Positions 1 through 9,512 are shown, counted from the first letter of the stretch. The stretch: 64,000 nucleotides of DNA from Patescibacteria group bacterium (GCA_038078735.1 JBBTTI010000001.1:20830-84829), one strand, 5' to 3'. Notes: generated by a model from the sequence alone, not told the origin. Numbers and translations: made by a program.

Positions 1-1
1 A

Positions 2-250
2 GAAAAAGATTGGAAAGAAATGGGAGTCAAAAATCCCCAAGAAGTTATTAATTATTTAAAATCTTATCGTTGGTCTAGTTATTTAGACTGTATAGGAATT
101 GCCAATTTTCCCTCAGTAACGAAAAGAGATTTTTTAATGGAGCTTTTCGGCGGTTCGGCGAATATTAAAAAATTTATCGAGAGTCGCATTTTAGAGGGGT
201 CAGAGACGAAAAAGAGTTACGAAAAAATTAAAGATTTAGTTTTAGAATAA
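2..250 (+). CDS. C-terminal part of an IS200-like/REP-associated Y1 (HUH) transposase homologue; 5' end lies outside the window
   Basis: Frame is open from position 2. YRWSSYLDCIG...FLMELFG aligns with YPWSSYQDVAK...IILNQFS at the C-terminus of the full-length paralogue at 8231-8899. Confidence 0.55.
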   Translation, partial: EKDWKEMGVKNPQEVINYLKSYRWSSYLDCIGIANFPSVTKRDFLMELFGGSANIKKFIESRILEGSETKKSYEKIKDLVLE

Positions 251-252
251 AA

Positions 253-281
253 ATACAGGGGTTGCACCCCTGTATTTTTTA
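253..281 (+). terminator. Hairpin ATACAGGGG-TTGC-ACCCCTGTAT followed by a T-run; also a REP-like palindrome
   Basis: Perfect inverted repeat directly after the stop codon. Arms resemble the ATACAGAGA..TCTCTGTAT palindrome family (23487, 59044). Confidence 0.5.
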
Positions 282-314
282 AGAAATAAGATTGAGCTGT
301 GTTAGAATAAACAA

Positions 315-1175
315 ATGGAAGATAAAAATAAGCGTTTGATTATTATTGATTCAAATTCGGTTATTCATCGGGCTTTTCATGCCTTGCCGCCTTTAACCAA
401 TAAAAAAGGAGAGGTGGTCGGCGCGGTTTACGGATTTTTATTGGTCTTTTTTAAGGCTATAAAAGATTTCCAGCCGGATTATATTGCGGCTTGTTTTGAT
501 TTTCATGCGCCAACTTTCCGCCATAAAAAATTTAAAGAGTATAAAGCCAATAGACCGCATGCCCCCGAAGAACTTTATTCACAGATTCCTAAAGTTAAAG
601 AAGTTTTAAAAAGTTTTGGCGTCCCGATTTTTGAGAAGGAGGGTTTTGAAGCGGATGACATCATCGGCACGATCGCTTCTTTATCTCCGGTTGAAACAAT
701 TATTTTAAGCGGCGATGCGGATAATTTACAACTAGTTGACGCTAAAACTCAAGTTTATTTATTAAGAAAAGGAGTTAAAGATATAGTTTTATATAACAGA
801 AAAGCGGTAGAAGAAAAATACGGAGGATTAACCCCCGAACAGCTAGTTGATTTTAAAGGGTTGAGAGGAGATCCTTCAGATAACATCCCCGGCGTAGCCG
901 GAATAGGAGAAAAGACTGCCACGAGCTTAATTTTGGAATTCGGCGGACTGGATCTAATATATAATAATCTGGCCTTAATTACATCAAAAGTTGAGGAAAA
1001 ATTAATCCGAAATAAAGAGCAGGCATATTTAAGTCGGGAATTGGCCACGATCGAAAAAAAAGTTCCGATTGATTTTGACTTGGCAAAATGCAGTTTTATT
1101 GATTACAAACAGGATGCGGTTAGGGAAGCTTTAGAAAAATTAGGATTTCATAGTTTAATTTCCCGTTTATGGTAA
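315..1175 (+). CDS. Stand-alone 5'-3' exonuclease (Pol I N-terminal/FEN-like domain)
   Basis: IIDSNSVIHRAFHALP, FEADDIIGT, GDADNLQLV, LRGDPSDNIPGVAGIGEKTA (H3TH) motifs. Confidence 0.85.
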   Translation: MEDKNKRLIIIDSNSVIHRAFHALPPLTNKKGEVVGAVYGFLLVFFKAIKDFQPDYIAACFDFHAPTFRHKKFKEYKANRPHAPEELYSQIPKVKEVLKSFGVPIFEKEGFEADDIIGTIASLSPVETIILSGDADNLQLVDAKTQVYLLRKGVKDIVLYNRKAVEEKYGGLTPEQLVDFKGLRGDPSDNIPGVAGIGEKTATSLILEFGGLDLIYNNLALITSKVEEKLIRNKEQAYLSRELATIEKKVPIDFDLAKCSFIDYKQDAVREALEKLGFHSLISRLW

Positions 1176-1232
1176 AATATAAATAATGTAAAGGCCGGAA
1201 ATATTTTTATTTAATTAACAAATAATAAAATA

Positions 1233-2159
1233 ATGAAAAGCAAAATTGTTATTGCAGTTGTTATCGCTTTCATCCTTTCTTTGGGAGGTTTGTACCAAGG
1301 ATTTCAAAACGGAAACGAACTCAAAAACGGATTGACGAAATTGACCGAAAGAATAGACGCTGAGGCTCAAAGGTTGAATAAAAGAACCACTACTAACATT
1401 TATTCCGGCGAACCGGTTGGTTATGTTATTGAATTTGAAAACGGAACAACCTTTTATGTTTCCGGAGATACTGGTCCTATGGCCGACATGACGATAATAA
1501 GGGATTATTTTAAACCGGAAGTGGCTGTCTTGCCTATCGGCGGATTCTTCACTATGGGTCCCACGGAAGCGGCTTTTTCCGCCTCTTTAGTCAAGCCTCA
1601 AAATTATGTGATCCCATACCATTATGGCAGTTATCCGATGTTAACCCAAAATCCAATTGAATTTAAAGATGCTCTCAAAAAGTATGATTTAGCTGATCGT
1701 TTTCTGGCGCCAAAAAATGGCGAGGAAAAAAATATAATGGGAGTAAAATTTGTTTGGTTGGGGCACGCTTCGCTTTTATTAATTTCTCCGGAGGGGAAAA
1801 ATATTTTGATTGATCCTGCCACTCCATTAGGGGTGTTTCCGGAAAAATACAAGGACTTTTCCGCTTTTGGCAAAGTTGATTTGGTTTTATTAACCCACGG
1901 TCATCCTGATCACACGGTGATTTCAGATTTGAATAAATTGGGCAAGATGTATAATCCAATATTTATAGCGCCCTATGAGCTCGGCACTTGGGTCCAGGAA
2001 CGTATTAATTTTCCGGAGTCGGTTTTTGCCTTAGCCAATAAAGGAGCCAACATTACCGCTCAAGAATTTGCAAAAATAGGATATCCCGTGGAAAAAATAG
2101 GCAAAATTAAAATTTATTTAGTGCCTGCAAGCCATTCTTCTTCTGTTGCTCCGCAGTAG
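1233..2159 (+). CDS. Membrane-anchored MBL-fold metal-dependent hydrolase (UPF0173-like), apparently circularly permuted
   Basis: N-terminal TM helix. Then a C-half-like block (FYVSGDTG...LPIGGFFTMGP...IPYHYGS), followed by an N-half-like block (FVWLGHASLL...LLTHGHPDH...ASHSSS). Confidence 0.65.
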   Translation: MKSKIVIAVVIAFILSLGGLYQGFQNGNELKNGLTKLTERIDAEAQRLNKRTTTNIYSGEPVGYVIEFENGTTFYVSGDTGPMADMTIIRDYFKPEVAVLPIGGFFTMGPTEAAFSASLVKPQNYVIPYHYGSYPMLTQNPIEFKDALKKYDLADRFLAPKNGEEKNIMGVKFVWLGHASLLLISPEGKNILIDPATPLGVFPEKYKDFSAFGKVDLVLLTHGHPDHTVISDLNKLGKMYNPIFIAPYELGTWVQERINFPESVFALANKGANITAQEFAKIGYPVEKIGKIKIYLVPASHSSSVAPQ

Positions 2160-3930
2160 CAAATTTCTAATGAGAAAGTATTCATTATATGCTCTTCTTT
2201 TCGGCACCCTTGCGTTTTTAGGGCTGACGGTTTCGGTTACTCTTTATTTTTCTATTCAAAAAGAGCGGAATGAACTGACTAAAACGGCAATTTCAGAAAA
2301 AATAAATTTAGCGGAAGCCATCAATGAAACGGCATTTTCTTCGGCTTGGAAATTCCGAGTTTCTTCTATTCCCGGTATAGAAAATTTGTTTATTGGTCAA
2401 ATGGCTAAAGCCAAGGATGTTGTTTATATAAAAATTGTTGGGTTAGACGGCGCAGTTCGCCTAAGCAGTCTGAAAGATGAGGTGGGAGAAATAATTAAGG
2501 ATGCAGATATCCGGAGAGCGTTATCATCCCAGGAAACAGTCACCAAAGACAGTTTTTTCAATGGAAAAGAAATTAAATTAATTATCTATCCGACCCAAAG
2601 TAATAACGCTATTTTTATCGGTTTTTCTCTGCAAGGCATAAAAGATATTATAGCCAGGACCACCATTCAAAGCATTGTTTTAGGAATAGGGTCTTTGTTT
2701 TTTATCCTTCTGGTGTTGTTTTTTGTTTTTCGCTCCATAACTAATCCTATCAAAAAAATAATTACTGTTTGCCGGGAGATTTCTAAGGGAAATTTAAACG
2801 CCAAAATTAAAGTGGGGTCAAGAAATGAAATTGGGGAGTTGGCAGATACTTTTAACGAAACAATCGGTAATTTGAGGCAGTCTTATATCGCCCTAAAGGA
2901 AGAAAAAGATAAAACTTTATCTATAATCACTAATTTTAGCGATGGCTTATTGGTTTTTGACAATGAAAATAAACTTTCTTTGATAAACCCTCAAGCTGAA
3001 TTATTTTTACAAATTAAAGCCGAAGAAATATCGAAAAGGTTGATGTCGGAACTTAAAAAACAGCCGGGGTTTAAGTTATTAATAGAAACACTAGAAAGAG
3101 AGTCTTTAAAAGTCTTTAGGAAAGAATTATTAATTAGGGATGATTTAATATTGGAGGTTTCAACTATTTTCATGGTAAGCGGAGGAGAAAAATTAGGGAT
3201 ATTAGTCATTCTGCACGATGTTACCCGCGAGAAAACAATTGAGCGGTTGAAGACAGAGTTTGTTTCGCTTGCCGCCCACCAATTAAGAACTCCTCTTTCC
3301 GGAATGAAGTGGGCTTTAAAGATGATGCTGGATGGAGATGCCGGAAAAATAACCAAAAAACAAACAGAATTAACTAATAAGGTTTATGAGTCGAATGAAA
3401 GAATGATTGATTTAGTAAACGATCTTTTAAATGTTGCCCGCATTGAAGAGGGAAGATATATTTTTAAACCGATATTCGCCGACATGGAAACGATTATTCA
3501 ATTTGTAGTTAACTCTTATAAAGAACAGGTTGAAAAGAAGGGCCTCGGGTTGGAATTCAAAGTATTGGAAAAAGAATTACCGCAAGTTAAAATAGATGTA
3601 GAGAAAATGAGGTTGGCTGTTCAAAATCTTATAGATAATGCCATAAAATATACTGTTTCCGGCGGCAGCATAACAGTTTCTTTGCGGCGCGCTGGCGAGA
3701 GTATAGAATGTCAGATTTCTGATACCGGTGTTGGTATACCGGACGATCAAAAAGCAAGGGTGTTTTCAAAATTCTTTCGGGGGACCAATGCGGTAAAAAT
3801 AGAAACGGATGGTTCCGGGCTCGGCCTCTTTATCGCTAAAAATATTATTGAAGCTCATGGCGGGAAAATTTGGTTTCAATCAGAAGAAGGCAAGGGGACG
3901 GCATTCTGTTTTTCTTTGCCGATTAAATAA
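2146..3930 (+). CDS. Sensor histidine kinase (TM, HAMP, PAS-like, HisKA, HATPase_c)
   Basis: H-box FVSLAAHQLRTPLS. N/G boxes NLIDNAIKYT, DTGVGIP, GSGLGLFIAK. Start could be the internal ATG near 2170. Confidence 0.85.
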   Translation: MLRSSKFLMRKYSLYALLFGTLAFLGLTVSVTLYFSIQKERNELTKTAISEKINLAEAINETAFSSAWKFRVSSIPGIENLFIGQMAKAKDVVYIKIVGLDGAVRLSSLKDEVGEIIKDADIRRALSSQETVTKDSFFNGKEIKLIIYPTQSNNAIFIGFSLQGIKDIIARTTIQSIVLGIGSLFFILLVLFFVFRSITNPIKKIITVCREISKGNLNAKIKVGSRNEIGELADTFNETIGNLRQSYIALKEEKDKTLSIITNFSDGLLVFDNENKLSLINPQAELFLQIKAEEISKRLMSELKKQPGFKLLIETLERESLKVFRKELLIRDDLILEVSTIFMVSGGEKLGILVILHDVTREKTIERLKTEFVSLAAHQLRTPLSGMKWALKMMLDGDAGKITKKQTELTNKVYESNERMIDLVNDLLNVARIEEGRYIFKPIFADMETIIQFVVNSYKEQVEKKGLGLEFKVLEKELPQVKIDVEKMRLAVQNLIDNAIKYTVSGGSITVSLRRAGESIECQISDTGVGIPDDQKARVFSKFFRGTNAVKIETDGSGLGLFIAKNIIEAHGGKIWFQSEEGKGTAFCFSLPIK

Positions 3931-3942
3931 GGAAATAATTAT

Positions 3943-5076
3943 ATGGCTCAAAGTATTTTTTCAAAATCGTCAGGCGATGCAGAGTCGTTTCCTCAAGACT
4001 TAGAGGGCCGGACTCGTTTTCCGCTTTTTGCCAAAATTATTGTCGTCTTTGTTCTTTTTGGGTTTTTGCCGTTATTAATCGCAACGAAAATTCAAGCGGG
4101 CTTTTTGATTTTACTTTTTATCGCGGCAATTTCCATCGGTATTTTTCTCTCAGTGCGGATTGTTATCAGACCTTTAAAAAAGTTATTAAACGGCGTACGT
4201 CAGCTTGCCCGCGGAGAGTATGGCGCGAAAATAGAAATAAAATCCAACGATGAGTTTTCGATATTCGCTGATTATTTTAATGAGATTAGTCAAAAATTAA
4301 AAATAACCATTGAAAGAGAAAAAGCTATTTCACAAATGAAGTCAGAATTTATTACTTTAGCCGCCCATCAGCTTCGCACTCCCCTTTCGGCGATAAAATG
4401 GGTGATGAAGATGATGATTAACGGCGATGTCGGCAAACTCACCCAAGAGCAAAAAGATTTTTTACAAAAAGGCTATGATTCCAACGAGAGAATTATTGGA
4501 TTGGTTAATGATATGCTGGATGTCGCTAAAATTGAAGAAGGGAGGTTTGGATATAATTTTGAATTTGGCGATATTGTCGCTGTGATTAAAGAGACATTAA
4601 ACGAACAGGTTCTCCGGTTCCAGGAGAAAAATATTAAAGTTATCTTTGAGCCGCCTGAAAAAGATTTCCCTAAAATAAAAATGGACTCCCAAAAAATTAA
4701 ATTAGCTCTGAAAAATATTTTAGAGAATTCTATTAATTACACTCTGGCCGGAGGGCAAATCCAAATAAATGCTGAACCATCTGGCAGAGATTATCTTGAA
4801 ATAAAAATACAAGACACGGGGGTGGGCATCCCCCATAGCCAGATGCCGCGGCTTTTTTCTAAATTTTTCCGCAGCGAGAATGTTATTAAAATGCAGACCG
4901 AAGGTTCCGGTCTAGGTCTTTTTATTGTTAAAAATATAATTAAAAGACATGGCGGTGAAATTTGGATAGAGTCAGAAGAGGGTAAGGGCACGACTGTTCA
5001 TTTTACCTTGCCATTTAAGGAAAGATTGATTCCGGAGAAAGAAGAGGCGCTTGAAGAATTTATCATCGGCTTTTAG
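3943..5076 (+). CDS. Sensor histidine kinase (TM, HAMP, HisKA, HATPase_c)
   Basis: FITLAAHQLRTPLS, NILENSINYT, DTGVGIP, GSGLGLFIVK. Paralogue of the upstream kinase. Confidence 0.85.
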   Translation: MAQSIFSKSSGDAESFPQDLEGRTRFPLFAKIIVVFVLFGFLPLLIATKIQAGFLILLFIAAISIGIFLSVRIVIRPLKKLLNGVRQLARGEYGAKIEIKSNDEFSIFADYFNEISQKLKITIEREKAISQMKSEFITLAAHQLRTPLSAIKWVMKMMINGDVGKLTQEQKDFLQKGYDSNERIIGLVNDMLDVAKIEEGRFGYNFEFGDIVAVIKETLNEQVLRFQEKNIKVIFEPPEKDFPKIKMDSQKIKLALKNILENSINYTLAGGQIQINAEPSGRDYLEIKIQDTGVGIPHSQMPRLFSKFFRSENVIKMQTEGSGLGLFIVKNIIKRHGGEIWIESEEGKGTTVHFTLPFKERLIPEKEEALEEFIIGF

Positions 5077-5123
5077 TTTGGTTTATTTGTGTTTTTTTTA
5101 TAATAAAGTAAAATATATAATAT

Positions 5124-5489
5124 ATGATAAATGTTCTCGTTGTTGAAGACGATAAATTTTTAAGGGAATTAATTTCTCAAAAACTCATTAAGGATGGTTT
5201 CAATGTCCATGGCGCCATTGACGGAGAAGAAGGATTAAAGATGGTAAAAGAATTCAACCCTTCTATTATTCTGCTTGATTTAATTTTGCCCGGCATGGAT
5301 GGTTTTGAAGTTCTTTCCCGAATTAAAAACGATCCCTCCATAGCGTCAATCCCGGTGATTGTTCTCTCTAATCTAGGCCAGAAAGAAGACGTGGAAAGGG
5401 GGCTGAAACTGGGCGCGGTTGATTACCTGATTAAAGCCCATTTTACTCCCGGCGAAATTATTGAGAAAGTGAGAAGTATTCTGAAATAG
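5124..5489 (+). CDS. Single-domain response regulator (CheY-like receiver)
   Basis: VLVVEDD...LLDLILPGMDG...LSNLG...DYLIKA receiver motifs; no output domain. Confidence 0.85.
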   Translation: MINVLVVEDDKFLRELISQKLIKDGFNVHGAIDGEEGLKMVKEFNPSIILLDLILPGMDGFEVLSRIKNDPSIASIPVIVLSNLGQKEDVERGLKLGAVDYLIKAHFTPGEIIEKVRSILK

Positions 5490-5548
5490 TCAAAGAGATA
5501 AATCTCTTTTCCATCTTCGTTTTTAATAAATTAAAAACTTGATAAATA

Positions 5549-6424
5549 ATGCCGGAACTTCCCGAAGTTGAAACTATTGTCAGAAGTTTGAATAAAACCG
5601 TCCTCGGTCGAAAGATCGAGGATGTTTGGTCTGATACAAAGAAAATAATCAAGCGCCCTCAAGGTTTTGGGCAGTTTAAAAAAGAAATTATTGGCCGAAA
5701 AATTGAGAGCGTTAAAAGGCGGGCAAAAAATATTTTAATCGGACTGTCGGGGAATAAAATTTTGCTTATTCATCAAAAAATGACAGGGCATTTATTGGCA
5801 GGGAGGTGGAAACTGGAAGATGGCAGATGGAAGCCCCTATTAAAAGGTCCGCTTGAAGATTCGGTTAATTTATATATTCATTTGATGTTTCAACTAAGCG
5901 GTGGAGGATTGATGCTCGCCCTTTCGGATTTAAGAAAGTTTGCCAAAGTAGAATTTTTGGATAAAGAAATTATAGAAAAAGAATTAAGCTCTTTAGGGCC
6001 GGAGCCTTTGGAAAAAAGTTTTACTTTTGAAAAATTCAAAGATTGTTTTAAGAATAAAAAAGGCAAAATAAAACAGATTTTAATGAAGCCGGAGATTATT
6101 GCCGGTATCGGCAATATCTATTCAGACGAAATTTTATGGGAGGCGAAAATCCATCCCTCCACTCAAGCGCAAATACTATCGAGGCCGAACCTCAATAGTG
6201 TTTACAGGGCGATGAAAAAGATTTTAAATAAAGCTATTGAATTACAGGGTGATAGTATGAGCGATTATCGTTTAATTACAGGAGAGAAGGGCGGTTATCA
6301 AAATGTCCAAAAAGTTTACCGGCAGGAAGGCAAACATTGTCCTCGCAAAGATGGCGGCGTTATAGAAAGATTAAAAATAGGCGGTCGTTCTGCTCACTTT
6401 TGTCCTATCTGCCAACGCATTTAA
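5549..6424 (+). CDS. mutM: Formamidopyrimidine-DNA glycosylase
   Basis: N-terminal MPELPEVET, H2TH region, C-terminal zinc finger CPRKDGG...RSAHFCPICQ. Confidence 0.9.
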   Translation: MPELPEVETIVRSLNKTVLGRKIEDVWSDTKKIIKRPQGFGQFKKEIIGRKIESVKRRAKNILIGLSGNKILLIHQKMTGHLLAGRWKLEDGRWKPLLKGPLEDSVNLYIHLMFQLSGGGLMLALSDLRKFAKVEFLDKEIIEKELSSLGPEPLEKSFTFEKFKDCFKNKKGKIKQILMKPEIIAGIGNIYSDEILWEAKIHPSTQAQILSRPNLNSVYRAMKKILNKAIELQGDSMSDYRLITGEKGGYQNVQKVYRQEGKHCPRKDGGVIERLKIGGRSAHFCPICQRI

Positions 6425-6455
6425 ATGTTAGTCAAAAATTGTTAAAATAAATCTG

Positions 6456-6476
6456 CTTAGGGACTTAGTCCCTAAG
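6456..6476. repeat. REP-like 21-nt palindrome CTTAGGGACT-T-AGTCCCTAAG (left flank of the truncated RAYT-like gene)
   Basis: Perfect 10-bp arms. A near copy is at 6922-6942 and a compensatory variant lies inside leuS at 46811-46831. Confidence 0.8.
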
Positions 6477-6485
6477 GAGAAATTA

Positions 6486-6926
6486 GTGAGCTTTGTATGT
6501 TATTGTTTCAATCCCAATCATTACCATTTTCTTTTACAGCAAATCTCAGACCGTGGTATAGAAAAATTTATGCACCGTTTAGGGTCGGGATACACAACTT
6601 ATTTTAATAAAAAATATAATCGCAACGGTTCTTTATTCCAGGGAACATTTAAGGCGAATCAGATTGATTCGGATGAATATTTATTATATGTCAGCGCTTA
6701 CGTTAATCTAAATAATAGAATTCACAAAATAGAAAAAGAAGTTTTTGATTCAAGCTGGGGTGAGTATTCTGAGGGTATTAAGAAAAATAGTGGTTTTTGT
6801 GATAAAAATATTATTCTAAATCAATTTGCCAATTTTCAGGAATATAAATCTTTTTCAGAAAACGTTGTGGCGACTGCTAGGGAAAGAAAGGAATTAGAAA
6901 AAATATTAAAAATCGATCTTACTTAG
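6486..6926 (+). CDS. N-terminally truncated IS200-like/RAYT Y1 transposase homologue
   Basis: PNHYHFLL (HUH) and YVSAYVNLN (Tyr motif) align with residues ~85-222 of the 8231-8899 paralogue. The first ~85 aa are absent. GTG start. Confidence 0.6.
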   Translation: MSFVCYCFNPNHYHFLLQQISDRGIEKFMHRLGSGYTTYFNKKYNRNGSLFQGTFKANQIDSDEYLLYVSAYVNLNNRIHKIEKEVFDSSWGEYSEGIKKNSGFCDKNIILNQFANFQEYKSFSENVVATARERKELEKILKIDLT

Positions 6927-6942
6927 GGACTTAGTCCCTTAA
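6922..6942. repeat. REP-like palindrome CTTAGGGACTTAGTCCCTTAA (right flank; overlaps the stop codon)
   Basis: Core AGGGACTTAGTCCCT is identical to 6456-6476. Confidence 0.75.
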
Positions 6943-6944
6943 AT

Positions 6945-7892
6945 ATGTTAATTTTTATTTACGGCGAGGATAACTTCAGGTCAAAACAGAAATTGCAGGA
7001 AATAATTGAGAAATATAAAAAAGTCCATAAAAACGGGCTTAATTTAATTATCATAGATTGCCAAAGCGCTGATTTTGTTGACTTTAAACGCGAGTTGGAA
7101 ACAGTTTCAATGTTCAAAGAAAAAAAACTTATTATTTTAAAAAACGCTATTTCTTCTGTTAAGTTCGAAGATCCGCTTTTGGATTGCAAAGATAGTTTAT
7201 TAAAATCTGAAGAAAATACGATTGTTTTTTTTGAAGACGGCAAGGCAGACTCGCGCAAGTCTTTTTTTAAATTTTTGGAGAAAAATTCAAAATCTCAAGA
7301 ATTCAAACCTCTTTCCTCTGCGCAATCGATGGTTTTCGCGAAGAAAGAATTCGAAAAATACGGAGCCAAAATCCAAAAAGAGGCTCTGGAGCAGCTGGTC
7401 ATTTTTTGCGCTAATGACCTTTGGCGGCTTTCCAACGAAATTAAAAAATTGGCCGCTTTTAAACTTAAAGATCAAAATTCGGAAATAGGGTTAAAAGACG
7501 TGGAGCAAATGGTCAATAGCGAAATTGAAACCGATATATTCAAGACAATTGACGCTATCGCCAGAAAAAATAAAAAACAGGCCCTGGAATTACTTCATAA
7601 ACATCTGGAAGACGGCGACTCCGTGCCTTATCTTCTTTCAATGATAAACTTTCAGTTCCGCAATCTTTTAATTATCAAAGACCTTTTAGAAAGAAGAGTG
7701 CAGTATCAATTAATCGCCCAAAAATCAGGCCTTCATCCATTTGTGGTTAGAAAAAGTTATGAGCTTTGCCAAAGATTCACTTTTCTTGAAATAAAAAAAA
7801 TCTACCAAAAAGTATTTGAGGCAGATGTTAATATTAAAACTGGCAGAATAGAACCGCAAACAGCCCTTGATTTGCTTATTTCAGGGATTTAG
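6945..7892 (+). CDS. holA: DNA polymerase III delta subunit
   Basis: Size and the N-terminal IFIYGEDNFR...KL pattern are typical of HolA; clamp-loader delta-like helical C-terminus. Confidence 0.7.
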   Translation: MLIFIYGEDNFRSKQKLQEIIEKYKKVHKNGLNLIIIDCQSADFVDFKRELETVSMFKEKKLIILKNAISSVKFEDPLLDCKDSLLKSEENTIVFFEDGKADSRKSFFKFLEKNSKSQEFKPLSSAQSMVFAKKEFEKYGAKIQKEALEQLVIFCANDLWRLSNEIKKLAAFKLKDQNSEIGLKDVEQMVNSEIETDIFKTIDAIARKNKKQALELLHKHLEDGDSVPYLLSMINFQFRNLLIIKDLLERRVQYQLIAQKSGLHPFVVRKSYELCQRFTFLEIKKIYQKVFEADVNIKTGRIEPQTALDLLISGI

Positions 7893-8142
7893 CTAAAGAC
7901 TTGGCTAAGCGGGATTTTTTTCTGTCAGCGGTATTTTTTTTAATTACTCCAACCTTAGCTGACTTATCAAGGATTTTAAAAACTTGGGGCATGAGATTTT
8001 TCGCTTCGTCTGTCTTTTTTTGAACGATCAAAATTTTCACCCCTTTCAAGAGGTTTTTTAATTTTTCTTTATAAATTGAATTTTGAGCTTTTCGTCTTAA
8101 ACTTTGTCTGAAAGCTTTTTTAGCCGATGATGTAATTGCCAT
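7876..8142 (-). CDS. rpsT: 30S ribosomal protein S20
   Basis: MAITSSAKKAFRQSLRRKAQN..., basic 88-aa protein. Confidence 0.9.
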   Translation of the reverse strand: MAITSSAKKAFRQSLRRKAQNSIYKEKLKNLLKGVKILIVQKKTDEAKNLMPQVFKILDKSAKVGVIKKNTADRKKSRLAKSLAKSLK

Positions 8143-8187
8143 ATTTGCTATATTATCATACTTTATTTTTTAATCAAGTATTCGTTA

Positions 8188-8214
8188 ATTGTTAGACGCT
8201 CAGCGTCTAACAAT
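8188..8214. repeat. REP-like palindrome ATTGTTAGACGCT-C-AGCGTCTAACAAT
   Basis: Perfect inverted repeat. The 21-nt core GTTAGACGCTCAGCGTCTAAC recurs identically at 8921-8941 on the other side of the RAYT gene. Confidence 0.85.
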
Positions 8215-8230
8215 CCTCCGTTGAGTGTTT

Positions 8231-8899
8231 TTATTCGAGAAAGAGATCTTTAATTTTTATTTTTGCGGTGCTTGTTTCTACAAATTTATAATAAGTATTA
8301 GTTTTAGAAAATTGATTAAGAATAATATTTGGCTTCAAGAGTTCTCCCCATCTGTTATTTTTAGCCACATCTTGATAGCTCGACCAAGGATAATTTATTT
8401 CTTTACTTTCCCATTGCTTTAATTCTCTTGGGTTGCGGTGAATATATGCGGAGAGATAAAGAAGTTGTTCGTCTGTTTCCACCGGAATAGCTCGAAAAGC
8501 TCCCTGGAAAAGATGTCCTTCTTTCTTATATTTTGCATTGAAGTATTTGGCGTAGCTAGTTTGTAGCCGCTGAAGGTAGTAAGAAATTCCATCACAATTA
8601 TTAGTTTTTTCTTGGACGAGGAGATGAAAATGATTAGGCATAATAGCGAAGGAGTTAAGTTCTATCTTTTTTGTCTCCACTATTTTCTGAATTATTTCTC
8701 GCGGTACATTAAACGTTGAGTATTTAATAAAATAAGAAGATTGGCGACCTATGTTGTAAAAGGGAATTGTTGCTTGGCAAAAAAGAGTAGAAAATAAAAA
8801 TCTCACATAGTCCTTGCTATCAATAAAGATAGATTCCCCATTATTGCTTCTGTTGCAAATATGATAGTACGAATTTTGGGCAAATTTAATTTTTCTCAT
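8231..8899 (-). mobile_element. Full-length IS200-like / REP-associated tyrosine transposase (RAYT-type Y1 HUH enzyme)
   Basis: PNHFHLLV (HUH), LLYLSAYIHRNP (catalytic Tyr helix). Bracketed by identical 21-nt palindromes. Confidence 0.8.
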
Positions 8900-8920
8900 A
8901 TATATCGTTTATTATACTAT

Positions 8921-8941
8921 GTTAGACGCTCAGCGTCTAAC
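8921..8941. repeat. REP-like palindrome GTTAGACGCTCAGCGTCTAAC
   Basis: Identical to 8191-8211. Confidence 0.85.
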
Positions 8942-8954
8942 ATTTAAAACCCCG

Positions 8955-8984
8955 TTGACACGACTTCTCACAAAGTGATAGTAT
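8955..8984 (+). promoter_or_regulatory. Sigma70-like promoter (TTGACA ... TG-n-TAGTAT)
   Basis: Consensus -35 at 8955-8960 and an extended -10 about 18 nt downstream. It precedes a ~125-nt leader and the 9111 ORF. Confidence 0.5.
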
Positions 8985-9110
8985 ATTCTAATACAGCACC
9001 TTGGCAATTTGGATCGAAATAAAATAAATGGGTGCTAGGAAAGGATGATGGCAATGACTGTCTAAAATTGCGACGTTAGATCCGGTTTAAGTCTAAAAAG
9101 GAGGAACCTC

Positions 9111-9479
9111 ATGCATAGAAAAAAATGGGTATTCCTATTTCCGATTCTGTTGGTGTTAGCCCTAATGTTCGCAACAGGTTTTCCCGTAGTAGCTTCAGCA
9201 GCCCCGGCCAGTACTGTGTCGGTCCTGCATGAGGGAGCAGTAACCACAGCTTCAATTGAAAATGGCGTGGCGATAGCTCCCAGCGTAGCGTTAATGTCAG
9301 CGGCTTTTGCTGACACCGGCCAGCCCGCAATTACCATAGCGGTGGCCCCTTTGGTGACATCTACGGCAACTTTTACCGCAGCGTTAAATACCGGATCTGG
9401 AGGGCTCCCTCTGAAGTTTCCGATATTGGTGGCTTCTGGCGCGGCCCGCACCCACACTGACCAGCTAACTACCGGATAA
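9111..9479 (+). CDS. Small secreted Ala/Thr/Val-rich protein, unknown function
   Basis: RBS AAAAAGGAGGAAC 5 nt upstream. Signal peptide MHRKKWVFLFPILLVLALMFATGFPVVASA. GC-richer than its surroundings. Followed by a strong terminator. Confidence 0.6.
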   Translation: MHRKKWVFLFPILLVLALMFATGFPVVASAAPASTVSVLHEGAVTTASIENGVAIAPSVALMSAAFADTGQPAITIAVAPLVTSTATFTAALNTGSGGLPLKFPILVASGAARTHTDQLTTG

Positions 9480-9512
9480 CCTCAGCCATTTCTCAAGTTT
9501 TTCTCGCCCTAA

